A DNA stretch of 64,000 nt from Macrostomum lignano (lineage: Eukaryota): contig NIVC01000140.1 of assembly GCA_002269645.1 (NCBI GenBank), positions 62,001 to 126,000 on the forward strand, written 5' to 3'. Position numbers and translations under genes: made by a program. Under the pieces are notes generated by a model, which ran no database searches, was not told where the DNA came from, and saw only the letters and a program-made list of their open reading frames with translations. Shown one piece after another: positions 60,871 through 64,000 of this stretch; position 1 is the first letter of the stretch, and each line of letters opens with the position of its first letter.

Positions 60871-61615
60871 CTAGACTATTTTGTACTTTTTAAAGATTGT
60901 TATTCATGATTTCCCAAAGAAAACAGTAAAGCACAGTTCAAGCGCGCCGGCTGCCCTGAGATGTCAGGCCAAATACCGTTTGCCCCCGCTGGAACTGCGC
61001 TGTTGAGCTTGAAGCCGAGCTTCAATCATTCCCACATGAAATAAATGTCAGCTAGGGTAAATTCCGAGCCTCAAGTGCTGGCTGCATCTTTGCCGACCTT
61101 TCAGCGCGGAATTCAACTGCGGTTTCGGCAGCTTAGACCGAGAGGCCTCGTCGCTGCATTTCCATCACTGATGCCGATTGCAGTCATTTCCAAGCCTATT
61201 TGGCTATTTGGCAGCGGAGCGGCACATTTAACTGACAGCCAAAGGATTAACACTCCCATCAAATGACCCATCAAATTGCACGAACGATGGATGTACACAG
61301 AAATGAGAGCTGAAATTAAGGGGCCTCTGTCTTATTGTGTCGGAGGACAAGGTTCGATTCCAGATGTGACCCCAAAAGTTTTGAGTGGCGATCGTTGAGT
61401 CTTAGGCGATTGCCATCTTCGAAGAGGAGTATAATACCGGAACAGCATTGTACATGATAGCTCATGGCGGACATGGGCAGAATCGAATTGCCGCTGGCTG
61501 CGGCGAAATGACGGAAGATTTTCCATAAGAGTGCCACCAGTATCCCATGTCTTTAGCTGACTAAACTAAAAGCAAGCTCGTATCACATCCGGTGCGCCTC
61601 CGGTTATCCCGCCAG

Positions 61616-62309
61616 GTTCCTGCCGAAATTCCTGCGCCGCGCCAAGCCGCCAATCCCGCCAAGCAAAACTGCGGTGTTCGGCGTGCCGCTGACCACCGTG
61701 CAGATGCGCTGCGGCCAGCCTCTGCCGCCCTGCATCGTCCACATGATGCGCCAGCTGCGCCAGAGCGGCGTGTCCGCGCACGGCATCTTCAGGCGCACCG
61801 GCGGCAAGGCGCGGGTCTCCTCGCTTAAGGCAGAGATTGACGCGCAGCCGGATATGCGCGACTTCAGCCAGTGCCAGCCGTATGACCTGGCCGACCTGGT
61901 CAAGATGTACCTGCGGGAACTACCCGAGTGCCTCGTCACTACCAAGCTGTCCCCCACGCTCATGGACTTGTTCACCTTTGTGCCCTCCGACCAGCTGCGG
62001 CTGCTGGCACTGCAGTGCGCCATGCTGCTGCTTCCCGACGAGAACAGGGAGGTTTTGCAGTCGCTGCTGTACTTCCTCAAGGACTTCGCCGAGAACGCGG
62101 ACACCACGCAGATGAACGCCTCGAACTTGGCAGTGTGCCTGGCGCCCTCTCTGTTCTACTTCCCGCACGAGACCCCGACTGGGAGCGGCCTGTCGCCGCG
62201 CCGCTTCCGTCGTGCCACCGGGGTGCCCGATCCACGCGACCTGCAGGACCACAAGGCGGCCACAGCCTGCGTCACCTTCATGATCACCCACTGCCACCAG
62301 CTGTTCACA
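61616..62309 (+). CDS. STARD13: RhoGAP domain exon (DLC1/STARD13/STARD8 co-orthologue)
   Basis: cgccag|G completes TGG; WFLPKFLRR..VFGVPL..GQPLP..GIFRRTGGKAR (arginine finger)..YDLADLVKMYLRELPECL..LLPDENREVLQSLLYFL..QMNASNLAVCLAPSLF; donor ACA|gtgagt. START exons not seen in the window. Confidence 0.96.
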
Positions 62310-63469
62310 GTGAGTGACCGCGCTGACGGAGGGCCCTGAGTTTTAATACGCATGGATTTTGTTGGCTTCGGAGAGCCGTGAGCTGAGAGAACTGAGAGGT
62401 GGTTTAGTTGGCTATAATTCGCTACCAGACCATGTAAACTGGGCTGTCTCGGGCTCAGACTTAGACTCAGGTAGAACCGTCACTGGCCCTCTCTCCCAGT
62501 ATAGCTCGGCCCCAATACTGTAGGGGGGAGGCAATCACATGAGCTCGGACAAAATTGCATGTGGCTCTGGAGGACAATATTACCTATGTTATGGGACCAA
62601 AAATCTTCATCCAATTCTTACGGCTGCGAGAATTTCGAATGAATTATCTAGCCAGGCTACTACTTGAACAAAGAAAAAGTAATATATTAAATATCACTTG
62701 TTGCTAGATAAGCAAAACAAAAACATTAGGATAGTGAAAAACGGAATGTACAGATCGACAATGTGGCGGTACTCAAACTTCTAATTTCATATTTTTAAAA
62801 CGTGAAACCTTTAATTCTGTAGAGTAAGGCCGGAAAAAAGACTGCTTCGACTAAGACCTCAGCACCCGTTATCTCTTTCAAATGTCTCTGCTCTTTCTGT
62901 TTCTGTCAAAAAATGCTGAGTTGGGCCAGACTCATTTTTAGACTAGAATAAATAAGCCGAGGCAGGTGAGTCTCTTTGATAAAGGGATTCTAGCGACCCC
63001 AAGACTTTCCCTGTGTGTTTGAGTGAAAAAGCAGACTTAGAGCTGACTCTGTTCTAAGTATAGGAGATTCTAAGCTGCCGAGATTTACAGAGGCGGCTGA
63101 ATCAGTTAGATGAAGAGGTTATAGCGACCCCATGACTTTCCCTTTATGTTTGAGTTAATATGCAGAGTTATTCCATGCTGGACTCCATGTCGCGAGGTAA
63201 AGCAAGCTGAATTGTTGTCTTTTCCCACAAAACTATATTCATTTTATTATCGATTTCTCCTCAATCGCAGATACACACGGTTCAAGCAACTTTTCACCCT
63301 TTTCATCGCCAGCTGAAACCAAACCAAACCCTTTATCTTTGCTAGTGTAGAATTGCATCCATTCTGTGTTGGACAAAAATACACTGGCTACCGCCTTGCG
63401 CCCCTCTCTTTCTTTCGCACCTTTGCCTTCTAATGTATCTTATGTGCATGAATTTCTCCGCTTCCCAGC

Positions 63470-63835
63470 TTCTGTCCGCTTCCCTCTGATATCCCAGCTT
63501 CTCACCGCTTCTTTCTGATAATCCCAGCTTCTCTCCGCTTCTTTCTGATAATCCCAGCTTCTCTCCGCTTCTTTCTGATAATCCCAGCTTCTCTCCGCTT
63601 CTTTCTGATAATCCCAGCTTCTCTCCGCTTCTTTCTGATAATCCCAGCTTCTCTCCGCTTCTTTCTGATAATCCCAGCTTCTCTCCGCTTCTTTCTGATA
63701 ATCCCAGCTTCTCTCCGCTTCCCTCTGATATCCCAGCTTCTCTCCGCTTCCCTCTGATATCCCAGCTTCTCTCGGCTTCCTTCTGACAATCCCAGCTTCT
63801 CTCCTTTTCTTTCTGAAAATCCTAGCATCTCTCCG
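63470..63835. repeat. 30-bp minisatellite, about 12 copies
   Basis: Unit ATCCCAGCTTCTCTCCGCTTCTTTCTGATA. Confidence 0.95.
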
Positions 63836-63852
63836 CTTCGGTCTGCTAATCA

Positions 63853-64000
63853 TAAGTGCATGTAATAGTGTCTAAATAAATGCGCTAGCTATGGTGGAGC
63901 AAAGTGCATGTAATAGTGTCCAAATAGATGGGCCAGCTATAGGGGAGCAAAGTGCATGTAATAGTGTCCAAATAGATGGGCCAGCTATAGGGGAGCAAAG
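63853..64000. repeat. 48-bp tandem repeat, about 3 copies, runs off the window
   Basis: Unit GCAAAGTGCATGTAATAGTGTCCAAATAGATGGGCCAGCTATAGGGGA. Confidence 0.9.

Noticed and set aside
61351-61361. GGTTCGATTCC tRNA B-box/T-loop match
   Set aside because: No D arm, anticodon arm or correctly spaced A box; the flanking stem gives only about 54 nt.
61604-62353. Antisense and off-frame ORFs over the RhoGAP exon (similarly over the protocadherin and retroelement)
   Set aside because: Shadow ORFs of GC-rich coding sequence.

Overview
Eukaryotic (metazoan) genomic DNA with GT-AG introns; no prokaryotic features, CRISPR arrays or RNA genes were found. The dense 26-60 bp minisatellites (about 9 kb, roughly 15% of the window by my estimate) are compatible with a repeat-rich flatworm such as Macrostomum, but this is an unverified inference. 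Four host genes are supported by motifs and phase-compatible splice sites: VWA8 (-, three exons at 144-755), a PP1 glycogen-targeting subunit of the PPP1R3 family (-, 10122-11513), a seven-repeat protocadherin (+, from 32845) and a DLC1/STARD13/cv-c-type RhoGAP (+, 46526-62309, continuing past the last exon found). Mobile DNA includes a near-intact tyrosine-recombinase retrotransposon (Ngaro/DIRS-like, -, about 4.6-8.8 kb), a decayed RNase H-bearing LINE 3' end, an hAT transposase relic and MITE-like relics. The most interesting part is how the YR element may be expressed. Gag and RT-RNase H share one frame, separated only by TGA-C (candidate stop readthrough). The recombinase ORF has no usable ATG but starts behind a strong 3' splice acceptor that is phase-compatible with a donor in the 20th gag codon. 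Both mechanisms are hypotheses read from the sequence alone.
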